Part shown: in pieces, positions 1 through 11,321 of the stretch | How positions within the stretch are numbered: the first letter of the stretch is position 1 | Layout of the letters: each line of letters begins with the position of its first letter | Source of the DNA: Camelus dromedarius | Lineage: Eukaryota | NCBI RefSeq assembly: GCF_036321535.1 | Contig: NC_087436.1 | Span: forward strand, 18,788,001-18,852,000 | Direction of reading: 5' to 3' | Length of the DNA stretch: 64,000 nucleotides | The notes under the pieces: model-generated | The model's input: the letters and a program-made list of their open reading frames with translations, nothing else | Databases searched by the model: none | Told to the model about the DNA's origin: nothing | Made by a program: the position numbers and the translations under genes

Positions 1-452
1 TCTGCCAGGACCATACTGTTTTAATTACTACAGCTTTGCAATATAGTTTGAAATCAGGAAATGTGATACTTCTGGTTTTCTTCTTTCTTAAGATTACTTT
101 GCCTATTTGTGATTCCAAACAGAATTTAGGATTGTTTATTCTATTTCTTTGAAAAATGCTATTGGAATTTTGATAGGGATTGCATTAAATTTGTAGGTAG
201 CTTTCAGTGGTATGGACATTTTAACAATTTTAACTCCTCTGATCCATGGACACAAAATATCTTTCTGTTTATTTGTGTCTTCTTCAGTTTCTTTCATCAG
301 TGTCTTACAGTTTTCAGTGTAGATCTTTCATTTCCTTGGTTAAATTTATTTCTAAGTATTTTGTTCCTTTTGATCCTATTGTAAATGGGATTATTTTCTT
401 TAATTATTTTTCAGATGGTTTATTTTTAGTGTATAGAAATGCAGCTAACTTT
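1..452 (-). mobile_element. LINE-1 ORF2 fragment (post-RT region), degraded, running off the window start
   Basis: Typical antisense L1 ORF2 text, e.g. 'ccatactgttttaattactacagctttgcaatatagtttgaaatcagg', 'gatagggattgcattaaatttgtag', 'ccttggttaaatttatttctaagtatttt'. ORF 246..551 is antisense and spurious. Confidence 0.9.
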
Positions 453-2348
453 GAATTCGGTCATATAATACAACTTTATTTCAATACTACAGGTTTGACC
501 ACAATAATTAGTCATTCTTGGAAGAATTTCTATAAAAAAAAGTGTCAGTAAACTCTTTGGAATTTCAGATGGAAGTAGTTTATCAATTAATTGAAGTATT
601 TGTGAAGTGTGCATCTGGTCACCAACTACTGCTCAACATCATATTCTGCCATGGGGTAAAATCTAAATACTGTCTTAGTATGTAGGCTGCAGACTATATT
701 TTAAGCTTTTTTTTTTTTAAAACTGAAAACATGCTTTACTTATCTTAATTTATCTGTAATACACTAAGGGGTAAATCTGGTTATACACTTGATGTAATAG
801 AAAGTAATGTGGACTAAATATCAAATGGTAGAAAAGCACTACAAACATTTTGTGGATATAATGAAAAAAATTAAAAAGTTAATTTTAAATTCTCTTAACT
901 ATGAAGCAGTAGGTTTATATGTTCACTTCTTGGTTTAAATTCATTATTAGGGTTGTAGTTAGACACAGTTGATGGCAGTACCTCAGTGCTTACTTCAGAT
1001 TTCCTGAAAGATCATTCCTTCCAAAAAAATTTGCTGACAGGCTATAAACACAAAACAGCAGTCTTTGGAGGTTAAAGTTAGTTAAAAGAAACAGAAGAAA
1101 TAAAGAATAAAGAAATGCAGCTTAAAAGTTTATTGATATATTAAGAAGGTTCTTTATCAGCTCTCCTAAGTAGTCTCTGAAGCCTTGTGAGTCAATCAAA
1201 TGAACATCTAATTCTTTACTTTTAGCCAACATAAAATTATTTTTGGAAACTTTCCTGAAGAGTGTTTTTTTTTTGTTTTTTAAAGAATTGCTCATATTTC
1301 TTTCCTTCTGCATTTATTTAAGGAAGGGAGAGTGACGGGTGAGGAGGAGAGAGATCAAGAGTTCGATGAGTTTCAGCTTAACCTTGTTATGCATTAGGTG
1401 GAGGGGCCATTCTCCATTGCACTTCCTGCTCTCAGTGACCTGGAGGCATTTCTCTGTCTAGCTATCATCCTATAACGACTCCTTTGCCAGGTCATTAAGA
1501 TCCCCTGTAAGCCTCTGTGACGAGCTCTGCCTCTCAGGAACTCAAGATGAATAGTTGAGGGAGAGCTTGGGAATTCCTAGTTATCAAATTGATCTATGAG
1601 ATCTATGAGAATTTTTCTTAATCTGCTGGTGTCGGGAATGCAGGGTAGGTGTAGAGTAATTCAAACTAACATAAACACATGCACGTATACACATTTAAAA
1701 TCCATTCTTTCCAGTTTTTCTCTTTCCTATCATATTTACCTAAGTGGTTAAATATCTCTATGAGATTTGTTTGTGTTAAAGAAAAATAAATTCAACTCAG
1801 TGTTAGACTCAGGCTGATCCTGTGGTTTGGAGTAATATTTCAGTTTGATTTGGATTGAGCTGATGTTACCCTAGCCTAAGGTGATTTTTCTATCAGATCT
1901 CTAGAAATCTTCCTAATTGACTGGAGTTGTCTTTAAATCAAGGACTTTCCTTTTCCACACCTAGACTTTATTAGTGGAGAGTCATGAATGGGTAGACATG
2001 ATCTTTGAGGAAGCCACTGCATCCTTCTGGGCTTTGGTTACTCTCTCCTAAGGTAGCCAGGATTTGGTGATTGCTAAGGTCCCAGCTGTCTGGGTTTCAT
2101 AAATGGCCATTGAAGATGCACTGTAAGCATCACACATTCATCATTAGGGTTTTCAACATGATGTATATGCTGCTTTTGTCTGTTAGCCTTTATCAGTCAC
2201 AACACGTTAAAATAAATAAGGATGATCTCTGAGACGTATTTGCTTGGTAGAGGTCAGACACGGTTTAATAACTGCAAGAGTGCCTCTGAAATCTCTGTCT
2301 TCTACTTAACACTGATATTGATATTTAAGATGAAAAAGAGAGGATATA

Positions 2349-2474
2349 GGGTATAGCTCAGTGGTAGAGGGTGTGCTTAGTATGCATGAGGTCCTGGGTT
2401 CAATCCCCAGTACCTCCATTAAAATAATAATAATAACAAATAAATAAACCTAGTTACCTACCCCCTCCAAAAAA
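2349..2474 (+). mobile_element. tRNA-derived SINE, camelid Vic-1-like
   Basis: Head GGGTATAGCTCAGTGGTAGAG with A box (2354-2364) and B box GGTTCAATCC (2397-2406), then AT-rich linker, 'aacctagttacctacccc' tail and A-run. Possible TSD aaaaagag. Confidence 0.9.
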
Positions 2475-4299
2475 GAGGGAGCACGATGGCTATCAAGGGG
2501 ATAATTGTTTGAAGTCAAGTGACACTGTTAGGTTAAAATCATAATGATTTTTATGATAATCATTATCACGTGCTAAGTGCCTCTCTTGTTCTCCTTAAAA
2601 AAAAAAAGATAGGCAGTATAGGCCAGAATCTAGGTGACTCGGCTAGCAACCTGGTGGTTTCTATGCTAAGCTGTGTGAGGTTTGGTTCAGTGAAGGGAGC
2701 ACAAGGCTGGCTGTGTCAGCCAGAACACAAAAGGCATTGGAGAGGGGCTGAGGAGGGAGAGGAAGAGTTTAAAAAGTACAGCAACAAAAGAGAACAGACT
2801 TACCCTGTGCACTATGAAAAATACCTTGACGATAAGATAGGAAGTGGTGCCCATTATAAGCTGTCATAGGTAATCATTCTTAGTTTGGGGCTGATCCTAC
2901 CAATGAGTCAAGAGCAAATATTCAAATAGAAGGTAATTATTCCAACAGGACTTTCAGATCCCTTATGTTCTATTAAGTAATCAAGAGGAAGCACATGGGG
3001 CCCAATAGACAAGTAAGGAGGGTACAGTTATTCTACTTTAATAGTAATGGACAGGAGCCTAGTGTGGGGAGAGTGGGGGGGTGTGGAGGGTAAATTAGCC
3101 ATTTTGGGGGGATGGATTAACTCCTCTAGGCCCCTAGGGTGCCATCCAGTACATACATTTTTGTGCTAATTAACACCCCTGGGTACAAGTATTAATGCAG
3201 GCCAAGAGGGGAATGGTTTGCTCCCCAGGCATCAGGAACATAAGGCCCATTATTATTGTTTATAATAAAACACTGTGCTTGCCCATATCTTTGATCAAAG
3301 ACTTTTTCTTCCTTTTCTTTCCAAAGCACCCTCATTAATCCTTGCACCATCACGGTATCATTCTCTCTACTTTTGAGAGGAAGGGACTAGCCCAGGGAGA
3401 CAGCAACTTGCTCAGGCCATGGTGAGTCAAGGGTGGAAAAGGGACAAAAAAAAAAAAAAATCAGAATTCCTGGTTTTCCTTCTTGGGCTAAAAATATCTT
3501 AGCTGATGAGAAGATGTCAGGAACTGACTTCAGAATTCAGCAAATGCTTTTCTGTCTTTCACTCATCTCATTCTTGTCCACAGTACTTTCACTTGATAGA
3601 GATGTCCCAGGGAGTTTCTCCTTTCCTTGAGATGATTGAAGAGGGTCCTTGGTCCACTGTGCACTAGCGTTTTGTTTTGTTTTGGTGAAGTATTGCAAGC
3701 CTAGTCCTCTCGTGACATTTAAAAACTTTAAAAAAGTGATCTGACAATACATGCTACAGGAAAATCCACTTGTGAAATAGCCTTAAAAAGGAATCTGTTG
3801 TCTTAAGTATTTACTAAGACAGGGGTCCGTTTCAGCACTGGGGATAACTGAGTATCATGGTCACTGAGCACACAGACATGGGAGCACCCAAGACCCTGGG
3901 CTCCCACTGAGTAGGTAAACGACCTCTAATACATGTCCTTTGATGCCTTTTTCTCCCTATCGATCTTCAAGTTTTCCTCTCCAGTTTCCAAGCAGTCTTC
4001 AGTTCTTCAAATTATGAGATTTGTCTGAGAGCTGACATGTAGTTTAAAAATAGGAGACTATACCTTCCATGACAAATTGATCCATAGCAGACTCCCAGGG
4101 GAGGTGGAATTCACTGAGACAAATTTAGGTTTCCTGTCCTTACAGAAGCATTGAAACTTCAGGGAAGAGAGACTAATTCATCAGAGTTGGGTAATCAGGT
4201 ATGATTGATAGAAGAATTATTTTTTGGACAGAAATACACTTCTCTTTTTCTTTTTCCTGTGTATGTTACTCCTGGGCTTTCATTTAACCCTGTGATATT

Positions 4300-4510
4300 A
4301 TCAAATGGATTAAGAACATAGGCTTTGCAGTTCCTAAAACCTTATGTACCTTGGACATTTAGCTGCACTAAATCTCAGTTTTCTCTTCTGTAAAATGGGC
4401 TAATAATTCTACTTACCACATAGCAATAGAGAGAGAATGCATTTAAAGTGCTTCACACATGGCCTGACACATGGTAAGAAGTCAGGCAATATTGGATATT
4501 ATATTATTAA
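4300..4510 (+). mobile_element. MIR SINE
   Basis: Core 'tctcagttttctcttctgtaaaatgggctaataat' and tail 'aagtgcttcacacatggcctgacacatggtaag'. Confidence 0.8.
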
Positions 4511-5078
4511 CTATCAGTACTCTTGACTTACAGATAAAATAATGAAGGTTTAAAAACACATTGAATAATGTTTGAGAGTGGCCACAAATTTTCAATGTTT
4601 TACCCAGTTCCTTTGCCAACTTGAAGTAACAAGAAGGTTCTAGCAGACCTGTGAAATCCCTCTTTCTCTGGTTTATCTTCAGGGATTGTCAAGTCTACAA
4701 CTTTACTGCTCAGATCTTTCTTTCTTTCTTTAGATATTTTTAATCAAATTAGGAAAGTTCTCTTCTTTTTTTTTTTTACATTTTTTTATCGAGTAATGGT
4801 CATTTTACAATGTTGTGTCAAATTCTAGTGTAGAGCACAATTTTTCAGTTATACATGAACATACATGTATTCATTGTCACATTTTTCGCTGTGAGCTACC
4901 ACAAGATCTTGTCTATATTTCCCTGTGCTATACAGTATAATCTTGTTTATCTGTTCTGCATTTTAAAATCCCAGTCTGTCCCTTCCCACCCCCCTCCCCC
5001 TTGGCAACCACAAGTTTGTATTCTATGTCTATGAGTCTGTTTCTGTTTTATATTTATGTTTTGTTTTGTTTTGTTTTT

Positions 5079-5447
5079 TTAGATTCCTCGTATGAGTGAT
5101 CTCATATGGTATTTTTCTTTCTCTTTCTGGCTTACTTCTCTTAGAATGACATTCTCCAGGAACATCCAAGTTGCTGCAAATGGAGTTATGTTGTCGGTTT
5201 TTGTGGCTGAATAGTATTTCATTGTATAAATATACCATATCTTCTTTATTCAGTCATCTGTTGTTGGACATTTAGGCTGTTTCCATGTCTTGGCTATTGT
5301 AAATAGTGCCACTATGAACACTGGGGTGCAGGTGTCATTTTGAAGTAGGGTTCCTTCTGGATAAATGCCCAGGAGCAGGATTCCTGGGTCATATGGTAAG
5401 TCTATTTCTAGTCTTTTGAGGAATCTCCATACTGCTTTCCACAGTGG
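5079..5447 (-). pseudogene. L1 ORF2p C-terminal ~122 codons only
   Basis: PLWKAVWRFLKRLEIDLPYDPGILLLGIYPEG...CTPVFIVALFTIAKTWKQPKCPTTDD*IKKIWYIYTMKYYSATK...FAATWMFLENVILREVSQKEKEKYHMRSLIRGI*, in one frame with one internal stop. Confidence 0.92.
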
Positions 5448-5590
5448 CTTTCCTTGCTTTCCTCTCTCACTCTTAATGATTTAAATGTCTTCTTTTACAA
5501 TTTTGTGTTTTTTCTTTTTGTAATTCATGTCAGTTATCTCCTTTCCAGTTAGGAGTTTCTCATTTTTGTAGCTTCCTGCTTCTTTTCTAT

Positions 5591-6490
5591 TTAGAGTAGA
5601 CCTGTCAATATTTCTTTTAGCATGGGTTTAGTGTTGCTAAACTCTTTTAGTTTTTGCTTGTCTGTGAAGTTCTTTATCTCTCCTTCTATTCTCAAGGATA
5701 GCCTTGCTGGATAAAGGATCCTAGGCTGCATCTTTTTTTCTTTCAGGACTTTGAATATATCTTGCCACTCCCTCTGGCCTGTAGTGTTTGTGTAGAGAAA
5801 TCAGCTGAGAGACTTATGGGGGTTCCCTTGTAACTCAGTCTTTGTTTTTCTCATGATGTCTTTAGGATCATTTCTTTATCCTTGACTCTGGCCATCTTGA
5901 TTATGATATGTCTTGGTATGGGTCTGTTTGGGTTCTTCCTGTTTGGGACCCTCTGAGCCTCCTGTACTTGGATATCTGATTCCTTTAGGTTTGGGAAGTT
6001 TTCAGTCATGATTTCTTCAAAGACCTTTTCAATCCCCTTTGTTCTTTCTTCCGCTTCTGGAACCCCTATTATGTGTAGATTGGCATGCTTTATATTATCC
6101 CATAGGTCCCTTATATTGTTTTCATTGTTTTTTATTTGTTTTTCTCTCAGCTGTTCTGATTGGGTGCTTTCTGTTGTCCTCTCTTCTAGGTCACTTATTC
6201 GTTCCTCTGCATTATCTAGCCTGCTTTGTACAGCCTTTAGGTCAGCTCTCATCCCAACAAATGAGTTTACTAATTCTACTTGGTTCTTCTTTATAGTTTC
6301 TATTTCATTTTTGACATATTTTATATCTCTAAACACTATCTCTTTTAGTTCCTTCAGTACTTTGATCACTCCTTTTTTTGAAATCTTGATCTAGTAGGCC
6401 ATCAATGTCTGTTTCCTTGATCATGCTTTCAGGGGATTTCTCTTGATCTTTTAATTGGGAGTGGTTCCTCTGCTTCTTCATATTGCTCAT
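5591..6490 (-). pseudogene. L1 ORF1p (coiled coil, RRM, CTD), full length but disrupted
   Basis: MSNMKKQRNHSQLKDQEKSPE..., frameshift in the A-run near 6374-6379, ...RLDNAEERISDLEE...LWDNIKHANLHIIGVPE...PRHIIIKM..., TGA at 5851-5853, EKQRLSYKGTPISLSADFSTQTLQAR, 1-nt frameshift near 5772, EWQDIFKVLKEKKMQPRILYPARLSLRIEGEIKNFTDKQKLKEFSNTKPMLKEILTGLL, stop TAA at 5591-5593. Confidence 0.92.
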
Positions 6491-6506
6491 ATCTCTCTGG
6501 CACTGT

Positions 6507-6650
6507 GGCCGCACCCTCAGAGATTCTGTATTCTGTAGGTCTAGGTTAAGGCCCGAGGATTTTCATCTAGGACAAGAACCCCTTCATATCCTCTTGCCCT
6601 TGGTTGTGCTGACTGAATAGACTTGGGACCACACATTGGGAAACGTTGGT
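6507..6650. mobile_element. MER5A-like hAT element, right half only
   Basis: 'caccctcagagattctgtattctgtaggtctagg...gggaccacacattgggaaac' resembles the MER5A distal half. Confidence 0.6.
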
Positions 6651-7400
6651 GTTGACCAGCAGTCTATTTAGAGTGATCCCATTTTAAATTCAGAAGGTTC
6701 TCACCCAGAGTAAAAGCCTCATCAACACACACGGTTTGGTCTCTCCCAAAACGCCATATAAGGAACTTCAGCTTGCTTTCTAATGTGCTATAAAATTTTA
6801 AATTAGCACCTCAGTTTTGGGCTGGCATTTTTGTGAACCACTGTGAAGCTGCCTTAATTCACAGACAAGAGGTGAGGGGCTGCCGCTGACTTGTGGACAT
6901 GGTCCTGGGAAGGTTTCCAGAGACTGTGTCTATTCACATGGCTGGATTTGTCCCCTGGGCTTCAGCCCATTGTTTTAGCTAATTTTATTAAGCTTTAAAA
7001 ATGAACTTTTACCCTAATTATCTTTTAGGTTTTTAATCATCTACTGAGATTTCTGTAAGTTTACCAGGGTTTCATTAAATGAAAATTTTCCTGATGAGCC
7101 TCACGTGAGACTGTTACATTTAAGGTCAAACTTCCTGTTTGCTTTGTAATAAAATACAACTAAAATGTGCACATGTTTAATTTTTCTCAAGTCTTCTTTC
7201 AGCTTCTTGGGTTTGACATTCCTTGGAGACCCACCATGCATTTCCCTTCCTGTGAAATCTGAGCTGTGAGCATATTCTGTGTTTAACCCCTGCAGTCAAC
7301 TCCAGTATAAATTATTCCTGGGAAAGGCCAACGGGGAATGACTTTTATAAATCTTTTTTTAATTTCATTGAATTTCAAGCCAAGTATACTAAGCAAGTAT

Positions 7401-7447
7401 CACACACACACACACACACACAAGAAAGAAAGAAAAGAAAAAAAAAA
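7401..7447. repeat. (CA)n microsatellite followed by an A-rich tract
   Basis: About 10 CA units followed by (gaaa)n/A-run. Confidence 0.9.
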
Positions 7448-8036
7448 CTATACTGTTAGAGCCCATAGGTTTTTAGGGCAAAATGATGATGTGCACTAAA
7501 CAGTACCAAATATACAGTAATGTAAATTGCTTTTTAAAAGAGTTAGGGTATTCCCTAATTAACATGGCAATGTGATGTTATCATGGGCCCTTCTGAAGCA
7601 GTCAACCTTGTAATTTATGGCCTGTGGACTGAGGTTTTGTAATATGAAAAATGATAATGCAGATTGAGAATAGCCATTTCAGCATTTTATCCTTGATTAT
7701 GTGACTAGTTGACTTTAAGCACTGGTGATGTAAGCAACTGTTCTCATCTCTACCATTCATAGGATGAGAACTGTGAACAGTATCCTTGTCCTGGACATCA
7801 CTCTCAGTGCCTGGGCAGAGGTGTCCTGGTAAGAACCAGCTTCCAGCCCAGGGGTAGTGTGTAACTCAGGAGTAAAAATCTTCCTGATGGGCCCACGACC
7901 AAGAAAAAGATATCCCACTGAACTGAGGTGGGTCTTAGCCACTACAAGAAAAACCCAACTTGGCCCAGAAAAATCACATTATCAAATAACTGTACAGTGA
8001 AGGAACTTAGGTGGAGGGAGATTTACCTTCTAATGC

Positions 8037-8452
8037 ATCCATTCATTCAACAAACATTTTAGATCACCTACTGTATGCCAGCTATTGTTTGGGTATTGGG
8101 GATACAGTGGTGAACAGAAATCCTTATCTTCATGTAGGTTGCATTCTAGTGGGAGGAGGTGACAAAAAGTAAAAAAAAAAAAAGGTGAACTCTGTGGTAT
8201 GTATGTAGTAGTAAGTGCAATAGAGAAAAATAAAGCAGGTGATAAAGCAGGAAAAACAAAGAAGAGGAAGGATGGAGGGGGTGGGTAGGTGTTCTTGCAA
8301 TTAAAAAAAAAGAAGAAATAAAGGAAGGTCTTACTGAGTAAGGTCTTGAGAGAGAAGACAGTGTTATGTGGATATTTGGAAAGAGCAGTCCAGGCAAAGA
8401 GAAGAATATGTGCTAAGATCCTGAGGTAGAAAGTGCCTAGCCAGTCTGAGGC
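8037..8452 (-). mobile_element. L2 LINE 3' end
   Basis: 'cattcattcaacaaacatttt...cacctactgtatgccag...ggggatacagtggtgaacag' is the antisense L2 terminus. Confidence 0.85.
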
Positions 8453-8924
8453 AAGGGATCTGGATCTTTAGGGTTAGGTGGAATACACTTGATTGGAGTT
8501 AACCAAGTGGACCTAATTAGCCACTAATTAAAAATGCCAATTGACTAAGCTTGGATATGGAGGCCCCTCCCAACTCCCCACTTCTCATATTCCTCTGCTA
8601 TCCCCTCCTCACTTCTCTTTCTCGCCTCTCCCAGACTTGTTCATGGAGTTATCCTATTTAAAGATTCAGAATGAAATGGCCAAGGCCTTGTCCCCCAAGG
8701 TAATATTCCAAAAGATGGCCCTGACACCTTATATCCTTATATGAAGATACTTCTAACCACATGAAAACCACATGCAAAAGATAATTGAATTTGGCAACCC
8801 AACTGCATAGTGAAAATTCCAAATGCCAATTTGCAATAGAAGATTGGCTTGTATTTGGGGCTGGTGAGAAAGGGATTAAGCTGGTTTGGACACCTTTAGG
8901 AGGTTCCATGATGGTGCAGGAAGC

Positions 8925-9065
8925 AATACACGGGCCTTGGTGTCAGACAGATGTGGAGCTTAAACCCTAGCAGTGAAATTGCCTGCACCATAGTTTTTTC
9001 TGTCATCATTACGAGTTTTTGTGAGGATTAAATATATGCAAAAACCTCATTCATAATTGGAGGTC
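8925..9065 (+). mobile_element. MIR fragment
   Basis: 'ggccttggtgtcagacagatgtgg' and 'tttgtgaggattaaat'. Confidence 0.55.
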
Positions 9066-10252
9066 AATCAGTTGTAGGAGTACCAATGTAAATGTTCAGG
9101 CATAAACAGTGAAAGAGGGAAACAGGGAGGCAGATTTGTAGGGTGAAGGCAAGAAGCCAGTGGGATGAAAAAGGTGAAAGATCATGCCCTTTCACTTTCA
9201 CACATTCCTGCAGGGGAGGCTGTGGATAGGACACTGTTGTCATCACTTCCCCATAAAGCTGCCTCTGTGCCTGATGGCTGGAGAGGCCGTCATGAATAGA
9301 TGTGGCTGGAGTGACAGGGGCCACTGGGATTTTGGCAGCCTATGTTTCTCAATAATTACCCTCTGGGTGTGGAGTCAGTTGCTGATAACAACCATGGGTT
9401 TGACTAATGTGATTTATGGCCTGTGAACATGATCTTTCATGAGAAAGAATTAGTGCAAGTCACCTTTGGTGAAGAGGTGACTTTCAGTTTGGCCCCTTTG
9501 AATCTTGATGACTATGGAAAGATGTCCCCAAATCTCATACAGGGAAATGAAAGCATGAATAGAACTCACATGCATAATGTCTGACACGAAGGAGACGTTC
9601 AACCAATGGCTGTTGGCTACTCAGTAACATAGCATATGTCTACATTTAAAATATTCTTGAGTTTATTCTAAATGTGGTATAATATTAATGCATTTAAGAG
9701 TCAAGTAGGATTACATGAGGGTAAACTTATTACACTAGAAAGAGCAAAGCAGAAAGTAATAATTCATCTCGATAGTTTTAGGTCTAGGAGAGAAAAATGT
9801 GTACAAAACCAAAACACACAGATGAAGTTTTGCTCAGATGAAAGGAAGAGACTGGCATCAAAAGCAACTTGGGGCTTCCTTTGATTCTAGCTTCTCAAAA
9901 TAAAAATGTAACTCTTTGATTTATTCTCTGGTGTCTTTTAAAAAAATGGAAACTGGTTTAAACTGTAGTTGATCATCATTCATGAAGTGAAGTGCTGCTG
10001 CCTCTTCTAATAGATGAAATTCCATAATCATGTACATGTGGGAATGGAAATGAAATCCAGAAGGAGGAATCCAGCTTACTGTACTTGAGAACTGATGTGT
10101 CGCTGAAAATCCAGTCAGGACATGCTGACTACCCTCTCCTTGGTCAGAAGATCATGCTACTTATGGAAAAAAAAACTGGAATTTTGAGAAGATGATCCAG
10201 GCTTTTCCTTCTATGCTCTAAACTCCATGCACTTGTATACAAGAAACTTTTG

Positions 10253-10450
10253 TATTATTTTATCACTTCTTACTATGTCCAAGGTGCTTCAGTATATTTT
10301 CACTTTGAATGCCCTCAACAATCCCATGAGAAAAGCATCATTATCCCCATTTGCAGATGAGAAAAGAGTTTTGAATATATTCCTTGCGCCAGGGAGCACC
10401 ATGCATGGCACCAGAGATGAGATTTGAGCATGAAGCTATGTCCATGTGCC
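10253..10450 (-). mobile_element. MIR SINE
   Basis: 'cctcaacaatcccatgag...attatccccatttgcagatgagaaaa'. Confidence 0.75.
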
Positions 10451-11200
10451 TAAGATGTTTTCTCTTCCTACTTGGTTTCTACCCCTCTGTCTCTTCTTTT
10501 CCACTGATATACTCTACCTTCCAGTCTACACTAGCCCATGTCTGCCGTCTACTGCCACAGTACCTCTTCTATAAAGATGTCTAGAGGTCAGGGCAATTGT
10601 TGACAAAGGACGCTGTCATGCAGAAAGTTCCTCTAGGGTAATACAGAATGTGATCGTTGGACCAGTATTGTGGGCATTATCTGGGAACGTCTTAGAGAGA
10701 CCTTCGAGTTTAGGAGCTAAACTTGGCAATAAAAGTTAGTTACAGTATTAATGGCTAAATATTTCAGTTTCATAGGAAGCACTAATGGGACCCTATGAAA
10801 TGAAAATAATAAGTTTTAAGGAGCTGCATCAGGTCTTAGCCCTTTTCTGTTTGCTCCCCTAAACATTCCTGTCTCATATTCATGAATTTGATGTTTTTCA
10901 GTAGTTTGTTTTGTAAAGGGGATGTATGTTTTTCATCCATGAGTCATTCATATCACTCCAGGATTCTCCTCAGAACTCAGAACTCTTTTCCAAGTAGATT
11001 GTCGTGATGAGAAGTTAGATATTTATTTATGGGCAATGTGAATCTTCCTGCTAATAGTAAACAGTTATTTTCCAACGAATATCTTTGGAAGTGTTTTTAT
11101 AGCTTACTGGTCATAGAAAGCTGTCCTCTGCAAATCACTGACTGGGCTCATCACTGTCTAATACTACAAGAAGAGGGAGCTGTTAATAGCAGCCACTGCT

Positions 11201-11321
11201 TTTTTTTTTTTTTAAACTTTTTTCTTTTTTAAGTGGAGGTTCTAGGTATTGAACCCAGAGTCTCATGCATGCTAAGCCTATGTCCTACCGTGGAGCTATT
11301 ACCAACACCCCCTGTACCTCT
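11201..11321 (-). mobile_element. Vic-1-like tRNA-derived SINE
   Basis: Poly-T, then 'ggaggttctaggtattgaacccagagtctcatgcatgctaagc...gagctat'. TSD agcca(c/t)tgctt at 11191-11201 and 11322-11332. Confidence 0.88.

Larger units (their letters stand above)
4767..6506 (-). mobile_element. Lineage-specific L1 derivative: ORF1 + partial spacer + ORF2 C-terminus + 3'UTR + polyA, lacking EN and RT (half-L1/HAL1-like)
   Basis: Poly-T at 4767-4778, 3'UTR 4779-5078, ORF2 C-terminus 5079-5447, junction ~5448-5453, spacer to 5590, ORF1 5591-6490. Translated by hand. Confidence 0.9.

Noticed and set aside
1..452. Inverted similarity to ~63180-63520, suggesting a window-spanning element
   Set aside because: These are two independent, diverged copies of the same L1 ORF2 region, not terminal inverted repeats.
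2349..2420. tRNA gene-like sequence with A and B boxes
   Set aside because: It has a SINE tail, and four diverged copies elsewhere in the window have polyA and mostly TSDs, so it is a SINE rather than a tRNA gene.
5851..6369. Longest ORF (172 aa) as a host or domesticated L1TD1-like gene
   Set aside because: It is the middle of a frameshifted, stop-containing L1 ORF1.
6008..6394. 128-aa and 85-aa + strand ORFs
   Set aside because: They are antisense shadows of L1 ORF1.
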